A DNA stretch of 64,000 bases from assembly GCF_036588685.1 (NCBI RefSeq), contig NC_086376.1, forward strand, positions 58,218,001 through 58,282,000, in the 5' to 3' direction. The DNA comes from Mytilus trossulus. Lineage: Eukaryota. Shown one piece after another: positions 43,901-58,217 of this stretch. The notes under the pieces were generated by a model, which worked only from the letters and a program-made list of their open reading frames with translations, had not been told where the DNA came from and made no database searches. The position numbers and the translations under genes were made by a program. Within the stretch, counting starts at the first letter, position 1; every line of letters begins with the position of its first letter.

Positions 43901-45718
43901 ATAATCATTTAAAACCAGTTGCTCATACAATAATTAAAAGTGTATAATATCAAAATAACAAAAATTTAATACAAATATTACCGAGTAGCAAACATTTCGA
44001 AGTAAAACTTAATGTGATATCTTGTACTGTTTTATAAGAGAATTGATAACAAGAAAACAAGTATACAAAGATACAACTCCTATGTGATAAACGGTTTAGT
44101 TAAACACAGTACGGAATGGCATATGATGGTTTTGAAAAAGTTTCACCCAATCAGGAGATAAATTGCACCTAACTTATTTTTGAAAGTTACTTCTGTGTCA
44201 TGTTACAACTTATTTCATATCGATTAAAACCAATACACTTTTGTTTATATTAATAGGGAATAAAGTTTGCTATTTCAGGTGTAAAAACAATCAGAAGGTG
44301 TCATATGCTACTTAACTAAACAATGATTATAAAAATACATTGTGTTTATGCACTTGGAATGAACTAAGAATATAATTTGATACGTCTCGTTTAAAAAGTT
44401 ACTTTCGGTATCATGTACTAAGTTATACATTGCACAACATTTAACAAAAAATAAAAACAAAATATTTATTTTCTATGTTTTTCTGCTTGACGTTTTGCCA
44501 AAGATTGTATCTACTTGTTAGTTGTAAAAACAATCTACGACAATGGATATCAATAAAAAAAAATCCAAGTTATGAAAATGTATGCTTTTAAAAGAAGTTA
44601 TGGTTATATGATTTAGAGAAAACTCATACATAAAATCACCAGAACTCTTCGATTAAAATGTATTGGCATTGCGTTAAGTAAAAAAAAATGCCTGTACCAA
44701 GTCGGTAATTTGACAACGCGTCTGGCGTGCTAAGTTATTATCTTGGTACTTTTGATAACTATTATTCGTCGGAGTTCAATATTTTTGTGATATTGCTTTT
44801 TACAATAAGCCTAAAACATAACTGAAATTAAGAAACTATTGAGTGTTATTCTTGTTGCTTTTTTTGCCCAGTGAACAAAAAATGAGATTATTTGTTGTGC
44901 TTTCAGGAAAAGCTTTATACTTAATACGATATCAGAATATAAGTTCTTATTATTGCGATACCCAACGTTTTGCATTATTTGCACTTATAAAACCTCGCAA
45001 TAATTTGTGAATTTGCAGTATTGGATAACTTATTAATACGTATCATTACCTTGAAGATATTACAGGTTTACATAATCGAGACATATCTTGGTATAATGCA
45101 GACATATATTAAACACGATTAAAATTCATCTGATATTATCAACTAAACTTATCCTTATCGTAATATATGTATGTTTAGTAAATTATAAGGTTAGATTTTT
45201 TTTACCACAATTACTACAATTTTATTTCTTTTCTTTTAATTTTCTTTTAATTTTTTTAATTTTTTATATACTCCAGGGGCAAATGATTAATTCATCAAAT
45301 GCAACTAGCTATGAAATGTTTTCAATATCTATCTTTACGATATTGATATTAGTCTTTGACTGAGGTTACATGATTGTATATTATTGCTTATATCCAAGTC
45401 CTTTGGTCTCTGATTGATAGTTATGTCATTGACAATCATTAATTACATAACTTTATATTTCTATACCAGGATTATAACTTAATACGCCAGCCGCGCGTTT
45501 CGTCTACATAAGACGTGACGTTTAGATCAAAAAAGTTATAAAGCCGAACAAGCACAAAGTTGAAGAGCATTGAGGATAAAAATTAAATTCCAAAATTCAA
45601 AGTTGTGCCTATCTATATTAGATTTATGTTATCATTATAAAGTGGATTAGGTTGATTATATTTCAGAGATGCACTGTTAAAACGATGACGTAGAACACGG
45701 TCGTCATCTGAATATGAA

Positions 45719-45857
45719 ATGGAGAAGAAATTTATGGAAGTTGAAATTCGTAAAAGAAGAAAAATTAAATTCTGGAAGCTGTGTACACTATTCCTGATAA
45801 TTTCAACTGTGCTGTGTTTCGTTTTATGTATCTACTATTCCCTTAAAAAAGATAAAG
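45719..45857 (+). CDS. Gene B first coding exon (tail and TM anchor)
   Basis: MEKKFMEVEIRKRRKIKFWKLCTLFLIISTVLCFVLCIYYSLKKDK G|gtata; absent from the ORF track. Confidence 0.85.
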
Positions 45858-48800
45858 GTATAATACTTAGAATTTAAAAAAAAAAATCTTGTTGTACACT
45901 TGGCATTTTTAACATCCACTAACAAAAAATATTTTATTGTTACCTATATTACTTACACTTAAGATTTATTAAACTATGGATGTGTTTAGGTTTCCTTTGT
46001 GTGGAAATATATAAATTTGTCATTAATGTATCTAATTTGATAAAATCTGCGAGAGTATTTCCTCTTTATTGCAATTTCCAAACAGAAGTGTAATATTTAC
46101 TAAAAGGGGAAGACTAAATGGAATCATCTCATGGAGGTTTTGGTTGTAACTAGTTGCAGTTCCATCCTCTTTCCGCCATTGTGGCGTCCCTGAATGAGAA
46201 TTATCACAAAATTGTAACTTTCAATGAAAAAAACGTTAAACACATAATATGTTATCCCCTCATGAGTTTAATTAGATTTCCGTTGAAGTCTTCAACCTTT
46301 TTGGCTTTACACCACACGATTCCAAAAATCACGCTCTATTTGCTATTATTAATGCGATGTGAATTATTTTTACAACCATAAGTTCTGTTCGTACCTGTAT
46401 TTCTGACTTCTGGTAAATTCTTTTATTTCTAATAAGTAAATTTCAAGTGCTGTCAAAATACAATTAATAAACGTTATTCTTATTCACGATCTCGTAATAT
46501 TTTATTCTCTCAAAATACTAAATGAAAGAACACTGATAAACATGTTCAACAGATTCATCAAAGACGAGAAAGGTAAAGGTTACAGAAGTATACCGCTGTT
46601 CGAAATTCATAAATCGATTGAGAAAAAAAAACAAATCCGGGTTACAAACGAAAACTGCGGGATAAGAGGAGAACTACAACACAACAGAAACACAACATTT
46701 ATAATAACACACAGTGAAACGAACATTCTCGACATAATACTTAAAATTGCCAAATGCAGATGTGTATTTTTATACCGTTTCAATCACATCTATTCTATAT
46801 AGGCATAATCTGTATCGGATATGCTGTCTCGAATAGAAAAAGAAATTGTTAGGTCTGAAATTAAGACAATTATCCAAACGAAACGATGAATTATATCAGA
46901 GTTTCAACGTTAGATATTCAATTCAATGTGAATCGGGGTTTTACAAAATTTTGACTGTAAATCAGCCTCCAAAATATTTGATTGGATGTCGTGTTAATTA
47001 ATCGGGGTTTTACATAATTGAAGAGTAATAACTAAACTTTCCGCTACCCGGTTTATATGTTACTGAAGATAAAAAAAATAGCAATATGCATATCACAGGA
47101 TAATTTTAAATGTTTGTTTTTCCTTTAAACATGTATGTCGTTATATTACAAAATTCACAAGTAAAGTTCAAAGCAATTGTAACAAAATATTCAAATGCTC
47201 AAGGGTCATTGACCAAAATGAATGAAAAAGGAAATGCAGGAAGAAGTCAGTACAATAAGTACATTTGTATCTATGATATCTACGTTCTAGTATACAGTAA
47301 TGCACTATACTGAATACAATAACGTATTTATAAAAAAAATACATAGATCCAATACTTTATATTTCAGAAGATTGCAGTTTACAAAATAAAGGTAAGAAAA
47401 GCTGTTTAAAGGTTAAGTTTCAAGTGACACCAAAGTGCATATTCTATATAATTGGCACCTTAGATCACCCCAGATTTTGATAGTATGTGTGTTGCTCAGA
47501 CTTTAGTTTTCTATGTTGCATAATAAAATTGAGAATGGAAATGGGGAATGTGTCAAAGAGACAACAACCCGACCAAAAAAAAACAACAGCAGAAGGTCAC
47601 CAACAGGTCTTCAATGTAGCGAGAAATTCCCGCACCTGGAAGCTACTAATGCAATTTTATAGTATTCATTGTAAAACGTGTGCCTTTATCCTGAAATACT
47701 GCTATTATAATAGATGAAAAGAATGTAACAAACTGTATGATAAACTTATCGTTCTTATTAATATTAACAAAATCCCTCTGCAATGTTTGGTTGGTGGATA
47801 ATCAGATATAGAAAATGTTTTATTTATTCACAATTTGAACTACTATATTTGTTTGTGTGTGTCTGAGATATCATGTTGTGAGTCCTAGACCTTGCATACG
47901 GTGTTTTTTTCACAATGGGTCTGTTTGATAATTCAGATAAAAGTCAGTAAATATGCATTTTGATTAGGTATATAAATATTGCTTTTTATAATGATATCGA
48001 CAGAAAAGTTTAAATATTGATAATTCTATATTATTGAACAGTACTTTTGTGGGTCAAGAAATAATGAGTGTATTCGAATGTTACAGATTCACCATGTTCC
48101 AGCAATCCTTGTTATTACAACAGCACATGCGCTGTAGTGGACGATGCTCTCTTCTGTATATGCCCTGCTGGATATATGGGAACTCATTGTGAAGGTTTTT
48201 ATCTTAATGCTTGTTAAATAGTTTTGTTTCTTGTATATCTACTTATGTTATTAAATGGAAGTTGTTAATTGCATTATTAACTGACAATAAAAAATCTACG
48301 CTGAAATCAAATGTCTCAAATTTTATTTTTTGTTGTTCAATACTTTAGGTCTTGAAATGATGAAACAAGAATGTAGGATCAGAGCTATTTTTGCCCCTAA
48401 TATGTGTAGCAAGTACCAAGCAAAATGCAAAAGCTCACCACTTCATACGATATATACATTATTATCATATTAATGTTTAGCTTTTTTCAAATTTTAGAAT
48501 ATTTTAAACCTAACTTTGGTTTCAGTTGTTATTTCAAAGAATTTTTGGAGGCGAATAGTTTTTTGCTGATGGATACAGAAAACTATTCCCGCCTTTCCAA
48601 ATTATGTTAGCTTTCTTTCACAAATGAATATACTCTGGACACATCATTGCAGAAAGGTCACTTGTGATGTCATAAATGTTTCCATCCTACATAGTTCTAG
48701 GGCATGAAAGATATGAGCCAAGGTCTTGCCCATTAAGGCATTTCACAAGCAATAATATCTTTGTATATCTTTTGGGATATTTTTGTTGGGTTAAAACCCT

Positions 48801-51800
48801 GGCTCATATCTTATTACTAATATCAAGACCACAAAATGAGTCAATTTTGTCAGTGCTACAGTTTTGCACAAAAGAGAAAGGTTTAAGCATCAATGCAGAT
48901 GTGTAAGACAGAATTTAAAAATAAACAGACGAATTACTTATAAAAAATAGAATATTACGGTTACATTATGGAATCAAAAGGTATAGAATATGATAAAAAT
49001 ATCGTTGTGGATATCTGGAACACAATCCGAATTTTAAAAAAAATGTGAAACAATACGAATCAAGCCAGATCAACTTTTTCTCATCTTGTGGTTCACATAA
49101 TGTTGTGAAAACTACAAGATAAGAAAAGGAATGAGGGTCTTCTAATAAGACGTACATATTGCACTTTAAAGCGAGAAATAACATGATGATACCTATACAC
49201 TGTTTCATTTTAACATATATAAAATTTTAACAGCCACCCCATGTACAACCGAACCTTGTTTGAATAATGGTACCTGTACAGTTGTAGAGGAGTCCTATAT
49301 TTGTGTTTGCCCTGATATATATGGTGGAACGACATGTGCAGGTCAGAATTTTATGTTTTTTACATAATATATTTTGTTTAAGATTAAACATGCATAATAG
49401 AGTTTGGTTTTAAATCAAATCAACGTCTCTTTAACATATATGTTTACATTTAGTTCCTTGTTGGTATTTGAGGTTCTTGAACTTTGAAAGATTTTTTGTT
49501 TTCAAAATTAATTTTTTTCGTGAGCCTCATAACTTTTTTTCCCGAGTGTGATTACTACATTATTCTTTTTCCCTTGTTTCGTCAAATATTACCGAAACGG
49601 CGGGTGCCACGCGTGACTAAGTATCATCTTATTCTCCTGGAGAACTTGAAATTACCCCAAATTTTGCTTGGGTTTGTGTTGCTTGTTTTCTATGTTGTGT
49701 GCTGTGTGTTTCTGTTTGTCTGTTTTTCTTTTTCATCCATGGTGTTGTCAGTTTATAATCGACTTATGATTAAGGTATCGTGAATAAGTTGTCATGCGCT
49801 TTTCAAATCGTTATAAATGGGGAATATTTTTATCGTGTCATTCTAGTTATCGTTCTTTTAGTTGGGAAAGATAAAAAAAAATAACACGAATTTTGATGTT
49901 TCACAAAGCGAACATTTTCTTCTGGCTAGTATATTAACTATAGAAAAAAACAAGAAAAATCATTTTTTCATCATTCCATAAATAATATATAGACGACAAT
50001 AAAAAAAAATCATAGTATCATTGCCGCGATAACACTACTAGAAGACTTCAAAGGGTAACAATAAGCAAACTAGACATTACGTCAATGAATGCTTTAAATT
50101 ATCCATACAAATAGCCTATTTATTAGCACTAATGTGAAATATTCTTAATAAGACAATTTTTATAAAAAAAATATGACACGATTAATGGTTAAAAAAAAGG
50201 TTCTAAAATTAATTTGATTATTCATTTTAAAATCAGAAAACCCTTGATTTGTATCCCTTTCATAAATTTCTTAGATTTGAACATCGGTATACTACTTTTG
50301 GAACTTTATTCCACATGTACAAGTATGACCTTTTGTTTCAGATAGAAAAATAAAAGACTGCAATGACCTGCCCCTAAATAGTAGTAGTGGAGTGTATACA
50401 CTTTACCTAGATAATAATATGGAAATATCAGTATTCTGTGAAATGTCTGTAGACGATGGAGGATGGACAGTAAGCAAAATTCTTTATAATGAACATTGGT
50501 CGGGAAGCCATTTTGCCTTCACAATAAACATTGATTAAGACTACATTGTCTTATCAACTTATCACTGCTACACTCTTTACACAATTATTTTTTTTATGAA
50601 ATATCTGTTATAACATCAACGTTAACAATTTTCTCATCAGATGCGCATTTTAACAGTAAATATTTCAAAATTTAATACTTGAAAAGTTTATAAACCACAA
50701 AGGACACACAAGAAAAGCAAGGTTTTTGCTCAAATAATCAATGTGGTTCAAGAACCTGCAATAAATCAATTTTGAATAAATTATTTTGAATTGACTTTTT
50801 TTCAGGTTGTACAAAGAAGATTAGATGGAAAAACGAATTTCCTAAGGTTTTGGGACGACTACAAAATTGGTTTTGGTAACCTCACTGGTGAACATTGGTT
50901 AGGTAGTTTATATACTATCAAGATAATGGAATTCTTATACTGTTAGTCCCGGAGCTTGTAAACAGCTCATGAGTCATTATTCATAGCAACTACTGGGCTC
51001 ATGATACCCTCAGGACTAACAGTTAAAAGCCTTAAATTGATAAATTGTTTTAATTGTAACACTATTTTGTTCGTACCGCAAAAATGATGAAATGGTACGA
51101 GATGAATATATTGAGGGACAAAACATACCTTTGAGAAGAACTGCACGAATTGTAACAACAAATAACATGAAAACGATATCGCAAAAAGGCTACACTTTTT
51201 ATTATGTAACATTGGGTTGATTATGTTTTAGTTCATAAAAAATGAATAGCCAACGTAGATACAAGTAGGTTGTCTTAGGGGGGATAAATCCTACATTTTA
51301 AAAAAAATCACTCTGATTCAAACAAAACATTCTCTGAAACTGGCATTTTCATGATGCATCGATAATGTATTTTTTTACGGTTGAAGGACGTGTTTTCCAA
51401 CAAACAATCACTTTTCCCATCGGATTGAACTGTGGTCCTCCTCTTGTCGACTATTTCCTTTATTCATTGGGGTGGGTTCATAAAGGAACTTCTTAATGAG
51501 AAAGAAAAGAAGTTAGCAGTATCCTTTAACTTTACTTTCCCCTATATAGATAATGTTCTCTCAATTAATATTTCAAAATTTGTTGACAATTTTGAACGGT
51601 TCTACCCATCGAACTTGAGATAAAGGATTCAACAGTTACAGTTAAGTCTGCCTCATATCTTGATCTCTGGACAACAAATAAAAATTGAAAATGATGGTGG
51701 GTTGGAAAAAAATCATTACGATAAAAGAACTTGCCATTTCCATGCAGCAACCTTCCAATAGCGCCCGCATAAAATTTCGTCCCCTTTTGACGAATTTGGC

Positions 51801-54800
51801 CTACCGAATTAGATTTATTGCCGGGTTTGTAAAAACATGATCAACATGACACATATGTAGCAGGATCTGATGACCTTTCTCGAGCAGAAACATCACCCCA
51901 TTTTTTGGTGGGGTTCGTGTTGCTCAGTTTTATATGTTGTGTTTTAGTAACTATTATTTACCTACTGTTAAATTGTTCCTCGCCCTGCTCGTCCGAACTT
52001 ATAAGTATCTAATAGACTAATACTTAAATTCAATAGGCTATACACAAGACAAACAAAGATATAGTATTAGGTGCTCGCAGTAACATATTGTTTTCTCTTT
52101 CGATACAATATTTCATTTTACTTTATGTTACAGATTTCTTCAATTCAAACAACATATGAATACACGACATTTGTTCTCTTTCGCATCGTTTCTTTTTGCT
52201 CGGCTAATACATCCAACGCCTATATGTACAATAAACATTGAGGCAATTGTAAATATACCAATGTGACCAACTTCTTTTCGACGCAACTGCGAGCATCGTC
52301 GATACTATAGATTTAAATGCCAAACTTTATATAGTACCATTAAACCCCACACGTAGAAACCGACAAAACTTTCCTCGTGCCTTAGGCACTTAACATCAAA
52401 CTTTAAAGATAGTACATTTTATTTTCCACTTATGACTTTGAATATATCTCTGGTGTCGTTGCATCTCTTCAAGATTTGACGATTTTTTTTATAAACTCTC
52501 TATTCTTTCTGATAACCAACATGTCAACGAATGAAAAAATAATCAAATATGATATCAACAAGGATCTGAAATTAATGAGATACAGATTTTTTAAAAAAAC
52601 GGTCTACTACACATTTAAATATTAGACATACATTTTATGTTACAAGTACTTATTTTGTTTTAGGTAATGACCATCTTCATTACATCTTGCTACAAAATGC
52701 TTACAAAGTTCGATTTGATCTCGAAGACTTTAATGGAAATACAGCGTATGCTTTATATAATACTTTCAATGTCAGCAACGAGGAAAGTGGCTACACATTG
52801 AGTATATCTGGTTACAGTGGAACTGCTGGTAAGATAGTAGCATGCCGCTGTACACTAGTCATAAATCGATTATACTGATTCAAAGCCGGGTCACAAACCA
52901 AAAGTGAGGGAAACACAATCAATCATAAAAGGACATTACAGCTCTTCTATAACATGCAAAACAAAATTTTGATCAACTTGCGTTCTATATTTGCTTGGAT
53001 GTTTGAAAACAATAGATAGGCGGAGTTTCAATTTATACTGGAATTTAATTGGACTTGAAGTGAAATTAATGTTTATTCCAGTATATAGTACAAACTACCT
53101 ACCTGTTGTTTACAAACAACCAAAAAAATATAGCAAGCAAGTTGATCAATGGTTTGCTTTGCATGCTTTTATAGAAGAACTGTAAAAGGGTGTCCGAATT
53201 ACAAAAAGTCGAAAAGAAACAATCAACCATGCATGGTCTCGCTAATGTGTATCATCATTTCGTGTGCAATTTAGTATAGACGATATCTAATTAAACATTG
53301 AGATGGCCTCTGAAAACTGACGACGGTCAAATGACCCGATATAAACATAGATATCACTGTATTAGAATGCGATCACGTACAACTGGATTTTTCAAGGACG
53401 TTTTGATTTTATATTATAAGTTAAATGGATTATAGCTCTTTATCTTTTATTTAAGCTTTGGATTTCAAATATTTTGGCCACGAGCATCACTGAAGAGACA
53501 TGTATTGTCGAAATGCGCATCTGGTGCAAGAAAATTGGTACCGTTAATTTTATTAAACATATCGCCTCTCCCTTGTTGCACTTTAAGTATTAACACTCGT
53601 TTTTTTAAACACTCCTAGTGCAGGCGAAACCCATCTCTAGCTAGAGTTACATTGAAGGTCACATAAATAAAGGCAATAGTAGTATAATGCTGTTCGAAAG
53701 TAAAACATCAATTGAGAGAAATTTAATTCAGGTTACAATCTTAAACCGAGGGAAACACTTCAACTATAAGGGGGAAACAACGAAACAACAGAGACACTGA
53801 AGTGCAACAAAAAACAAAAGATAATGCAACACACACAGAAACTATAAGATAACGTACTAAATTATAATCCTGGTACCTATAACAACTGCCATTTTCCTAA
53901 CTGAATACCGATGCAATGAGGTTAAACTTAACTTTTAATTTGCAAGTAAATAATACATCAGCGATGATTTATTTTTTTTAGTTTATTTAACAAATTTGGG
54001 CCAAAGTAACTTCTTATAACGTAATATTTTTCAAGTTCTGCTTTTATAACTTCTTCAAACAAAAAACAATTGGTTTTTTTTCTGTTTTTGTTTTGTATAA
54101 ATAGTTATCAAAAGTACCATGAATATAATTTAGTATGCCAGACGCGCGATTCGTCTTCATAAGTGACACTCATATCAAAATAGTTATACCTTAAGCCAAA
54201 CAAGTACAAAGTTTAAGAGCATTCAAGATCCAAAATTCCAAGAAGTTGTGCCAAATATGGCTAAGGTAATCTATACCTGGGATAAGAAAATCCTTAGTTT
54301 TTCCGAAAAATTCAAAGTTTTGTTAACAAGAAATTTATAAAAATGACCACATAATTGATATTAATGTCAACACCGAAGTACTGACTACTGGTGATACCCT
54401 CGGGGACGAAACGTCCATCAGCAGTGGCATCGACCGTATAAATCGTAGCCAAATCCCCTTTAAGTATCTCATAGATTTTGTCAACTGATAGTCGATAACA
54501 ACACTTAACGGTACAAGTTGTAACAATTTTCTGACAGCTTATTTTATGTTGATTACTCGAAGGATACGTTTTGATATTGGTCGATGTTCTTGAATATATC
54601 ATACAATCTTAGTCATATCTTAAAACAAAATGCCTACTAACTTCAATTTGATCACTAAGACTTATATGAAATATTGGTGGAACATTAATATTAAACAACA
54701 ACAACAACAACAAACAAAATCATAATTCGATGAATTTAAAAAAAAAAAAAGATTAACGGTACCGGTGCGCATTTCGACAATTTATGTATATTCGGGGCAA

Positions 54801-55153
54801 TAATATTTGAAAATTTCAAACCTTATACAAATGTTTATGTTTATCGGGTGAAATTTCAATTTGAACTTATTATTCTCCTGCATAGTATTTATGTTTCAAC
54901 AGGTGATTCTATGAAAGATTCCCAAGGTAACACTCATGACAATTTCATGTTTACCACTATTGACAGAGATAACGATGTAACCAGTAGTAATTGTGCTATT
55001 AATAAATTGAGCCCCTGGTGGCATGCTAGATGTACGTGGTCAAATATCAACGGACTTTATCTCGAAGGTTCTAGTGAAACCAACATGCATTGGAATAGCT
55101 GGAAAGGAAAATCTGGGCTCAAAACGACCAGAATGATGTTCAAGCCGAGTTGA
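45719..55153 (+). CDS. Gene B: type II transmembrane 2xEGF / fibrinogen-related domain protein, paralogue of gene A, 339 aa, apparently intact
   Basis: Exons 45719-45857, 47368-47391, 48087-48194, 49234-49341, 50342-50469, 50806-50902, 52664-52828, 54903-55153; total 1020 nt, open frame, all GT-AG. Confidence 0.9.
47368..47391 (+). CDS. Gene B 24-nt stalk micro-exon
   Basis: tttcag|AAGATTGCAGTTTACAAAATAAAG|gtaag = EDCSLQNK, homologous to DNCACNSQNK of gene A. Confidence 0.75.
48087..48194 (+). CDS. Gene B EGF1 exon
   Basis: 108 nt; DSPCSSNPCYYNSTCAVVDDALFCICPAGYMGTHCE. Confidence 0.9.
49234..49341 (+). CDS. Gene B EGF2 exon
   Basis: 108 nt; ATPCTTEPCLNNGTCTVVEESYICVCPDIYGGTTCA. Confidence 0.9.
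50342..50469 (+). CDS. Gene B FReD exon 1
   Basis: DRKIKDCNDLPLNSSSGVYTLYLDNNMEISVFCEMSVDDGGWT|gtaag. Confidence 0.92.
50806..50902 (+). CDS. Gene B FReD exon 2
   Basis: VVQRRLDGKTNFLRFWDDYKIGFGNLTGEHWLG. Confidence 0.92.
51340..51960 (+). mobile_element. Degenerate Penelope-like RT fragment in a gene B intron
   Basis: GRVFQQTITFPIGLNCGP..DYFLYS (decayed QxxGIPMG motif) and FNFTFPYIDNVLS, with frameshifts; similar to the 20095-20887 element. Confidence 0.7.
52664..52828 (+). CDS. Gene B FReD exon 3
   Basis: GNDHLHYILLQNAYKVRFDLEDFNGNTAYALYNTFNVSNEESGYTLSISGYSGTAG. Confidence 0.92.
53484..53527 (+). ncRNA. Minimal type I hammerhead ribozyme (family S), solitary, in the last intron of gene B
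   Basis: GCATCA-CTGAAGA-GACA tgtat TGTC-GAAA-TGCGCA-TC^-TGGTGC within a ~110-bp retrozyme fragment (~53427-53555). Confidence 0.88.
54100..54436 (-). mobile_element. Near full-length degenerate family L retrozyme monomer (ribozyme core partly deleted)
   Basis: Reverse complement of the 26015-26185 and 35000-35205 sequence, extended; other decayed pieces near 10460, 16030, 23065, 27415, 36470, 44716, 45465. Confidence 0.7.
54903..55153 (+). CDS. Gene B terminal FReD exon
   Basis: GDSMKDSQGNTHDNFMFTTIDRDNDVTSSNCAINKLSPWWHARCTWSNINGLY..KTTRMMFKPS*. Confidence 0.92.
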
Positions 55154-57518
55154 TATAATTGTATAATTGTAATGTATGACTGGTGAAGTGCAAATTTGAA
55201 CCAAAAAGCTATGTTTCTTCAGATTGAACATGTTAATTTTTTCGAACATTTACACTAAAATCAATTTCCGAGATTAAAATCGAAATGAATTGGTGCAGTC
55301 AAAATATGACAATAATTTAAACTAGTTGCAAGGATTAGAAATAACAGAAAACAGTTTTTTCCTAAAATATAAAAACAATAGTTGTCGATGTAAAACTTAA
55401 TAAATATACATAGAAAGCAGATAAATACTGTTGAGTAATAAGATATTTAACCAAGTAAAGAGGAAACTGATTTGTCTTAGTGGCAGTATATATACAATAT
55501 ATTAATATAAACATCGTTACGAAAAATGTGTGCAACTGAATACCATAAGAGGTTAAATTTCTTCGTAATTATTTCTTATCCTCGGAGAAATGCAATGTTC
55601 ATATTATTTCCTTACTGCGTCCAGTTTATCTACGAATTTTGTGAAGTTGAGAGAGAAAAGGTTGTTTTTAAAGAGAATGGCAGGCTTAATAAAGTTATAC
55701 GGAAGCACTACCGAAACTGTACTAAATCAGTTTTACGGCGTCATCGCTTTTTTTTTATTAATAGATACGATTTGTAGGTGTCTCAACTGACAAGCAAAAT
55801 GTCTTTAAACTTTAATGTATATTGATTTGCATTTATAGCAGCCAGGAGATGCTTATCCTGTCTAAACAGGTTGGTTTGCTGATGTTTGAGTCATACAATT
55901 CCATCAGTTTTTTGGGTTTTTTTCTCCATTTGTCTCTTCTTAATCGGTTTGCGAGATTTAAACAACAGTAAACTACTCTTAAATTGATTCAATGAAAGTA
56001 TACTTTCTCATGAGTTGATAACCTGCTGCCAATACAATGACAAAAAAGACCAAAAGACAAGACACTATACAAAAAACATTGAATCTAAAGATTGAGCAAC
56101 TGAACACGATTCCACCAAAAACTGGGTTGATCGGATGTGCTACGGAATGGTAGGCAGATCAAACTCCATCATGTGACACCATCTGTGTTGTCCAAATAAG
56201 TTCAAACACGTTGATAAGTCTAATTCGGTTGGTAAATACATGAATCGAATAGATAACAACTGTCACATTCCTGACTTGATACACTTGTTTGACAGTCTGA
56301 TTTTTATTCTGCATTATGTGCATCTTTTTATTGCCATCATGAAAAAAACGGCCTATATCAATCTTTGTCGATTATTTGATGTCGGGTATGTTAGTTCTAC
56401 TAAACGTAACTTTCCTCAGTTTTCTAACGTTCACAATTTTAATGTGTCCGTGTGGTATATTTCACTTTGTTTCATGATAACCCTTGCCCTTGGGATACAT
56501 ATTGCTGATATTATTCTATACCACATCCTCATACCCTTCCATCGATAAAAACTGTCCAGTGTGTGAAATTGCAGATTCTACGGTGCTGGCAGAAGCTTTT
56601 GTCAGTTGATCAAGTCATTCACATAATTTTTCGTTGATAAAACGTTTTTGCATTACTGACAATGACCACCATGAAAAAAAACCAGATTAAATCCATCATT
56701 TTCTACATAAGAGGAACATGGCAGTTGTGTGTTATCCATTTTTTTGATGTATTTGAGCTTTTGATTTTGCCATTTAATTAGGCTTTCCATTTTGAATTTT
56801 CCTCGGAGTTCAGTATTTTGGCATTTCATTTCTTCTCCTCCTTTTAAACCAGAATGGTATTCAAGCATATCCAAGTGTTATTATATTCATATGTAAATGG
56901 TCAATATATATTTATAGACTAATGTCCAATATCACATTGCTACACAATTTTCTGTAGTTTGAAATGCATTTATGTCAAAATCACCAAAAACAATGATTTT
57001 GAAGTAACGATTAGTGAAAGCTTCGAAGCAAATTGTAATGTAGATTCAAAGTTTTAAATGCAAAATAACAATTAACAATACATTTTATGCAGATGTGACT
57101 GACTTAAATGTAGGTCCTAAGAGCTCATCACCCTCCCTTTAGACTAATTTGTCGATTCCCCGCAGTATGTTAGACTGACTCGGCTAATATAATGGGGACT
57201 AGTTCGTTTGAAGATCAGCAATATAGTTAAGTTGGTATTGTTTATCCATCAGGAAGACTGCTCAAAATAAGTATTCCTCTCATGATATATTCATAATTGT
57301 ATGCTTCAATATTTATTTTAAATCACTTATGACATTATAAACACTTGGTAAATATATGTAGGTAGAATTTGCAAATATTAAATTTGACACTGATACTCGA
57401 AATATCAAGAAAAACTACAGATCATTGTGTGTGCAGATTTTATTATGCCTAGATATTTGATTGATTTAATATTGAAATCTATTTTTAACAACTGTCGTAT
57501 TCAGATATGGGATATGGT

Positions 57519-57607
57519 ACTTCCGAGATTACTCTGACGTCCAACGGACAAGGCCCCAGCTTGTCTGGCGAAACAGCTGTTGGACGTCAGAGTAATATCG
57601 GACTAGT
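57519..57607. mobile_element. 89-bp fold-back mini-MITE with 8-bp TSD
   Basis: TCCGAGATTACTCTGACGTCCAAC / GTTGGACGTCAGAGTAATATCGGA arms; GATATGGT at 57511-57518 and 57608-57615. Confidence 0.7.
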
Positions 57608-58004
57608 GATATGGTTGCCAATGAGACAACACTCCATCAAATTTCAAATGTAGTGGATGTAAGTAATTATAGGCAACCGTACGACCTTCAGATGCGACAA
57701 ACCTAAACCGTTTAATAGGCTATTTAAAAGACCCCGACATGAAAAATAGGAAAAAAATACCTGAGAATATAAAAGGCCTAATCTGTAACAAAACGAATTA
57801 GCGAATCAGATTCTGTGATAATCACAAACATAAACGAACGACAACAATGGAAACTACAGGCTCCTGACCTGGGACGGGCACGTAAGGTGTTTGGCAGGGT
57901 TTATCATATTTGAATGCGCCGACCTTCCCCTATCCAGGGACAGTGCTTTTTGATTTTGTCTCCATTGAAAATTGTCTTCTGTGTGTTTAATGTGTTTTCC
58001 TAAA

Positions 58005-58217
58005 GTATTGGGTATTCACTTATTTTCGTGGGTAATAATTCTCGTGGATTGTTGAAAACTTGCATTTTCGTGGATATCTAAGTTTGTGGTTTTGCAAAAG
58101 TCTTCATAAACCCTTAACGAAAATATGTAATTCATTGAATTTTTAATTTCTTGGTTTACCTGTAACCACGAAATTCAAGGAAATTGATATCCAACGAATA
58201 ATAATGAATCCACAGTA
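58005..58217. mobile_element. Degenerate MITE (TA-flanked, Tc1/mariner-like)
   Basis: 3' end ..CGAATAATAATGAATCCACAGTA with a decayed inverted 5' end; internal TTTTCGTGG / CCACGAAA motifs. Confidence 0.5.

Noticed and set aside
21650-45600. A further protein-coding gene in the 24-kb interval between the relic exon and gene B
   Set aside because: No EGF, FReD or other recognisable coding exons were seen by eye; short exons or lncRNAs cannot be excluded.
54388-54421. Plus-strand CTGGTGA..GAAACGTC resembling an antisense-polarity second hammerhead
   Set aside because: The core is CUGGUGA (essential A lost), there is no stem III, and the family S equivalent has TAATA instead of GAAA; better explained as the hairpin module on the other strand.
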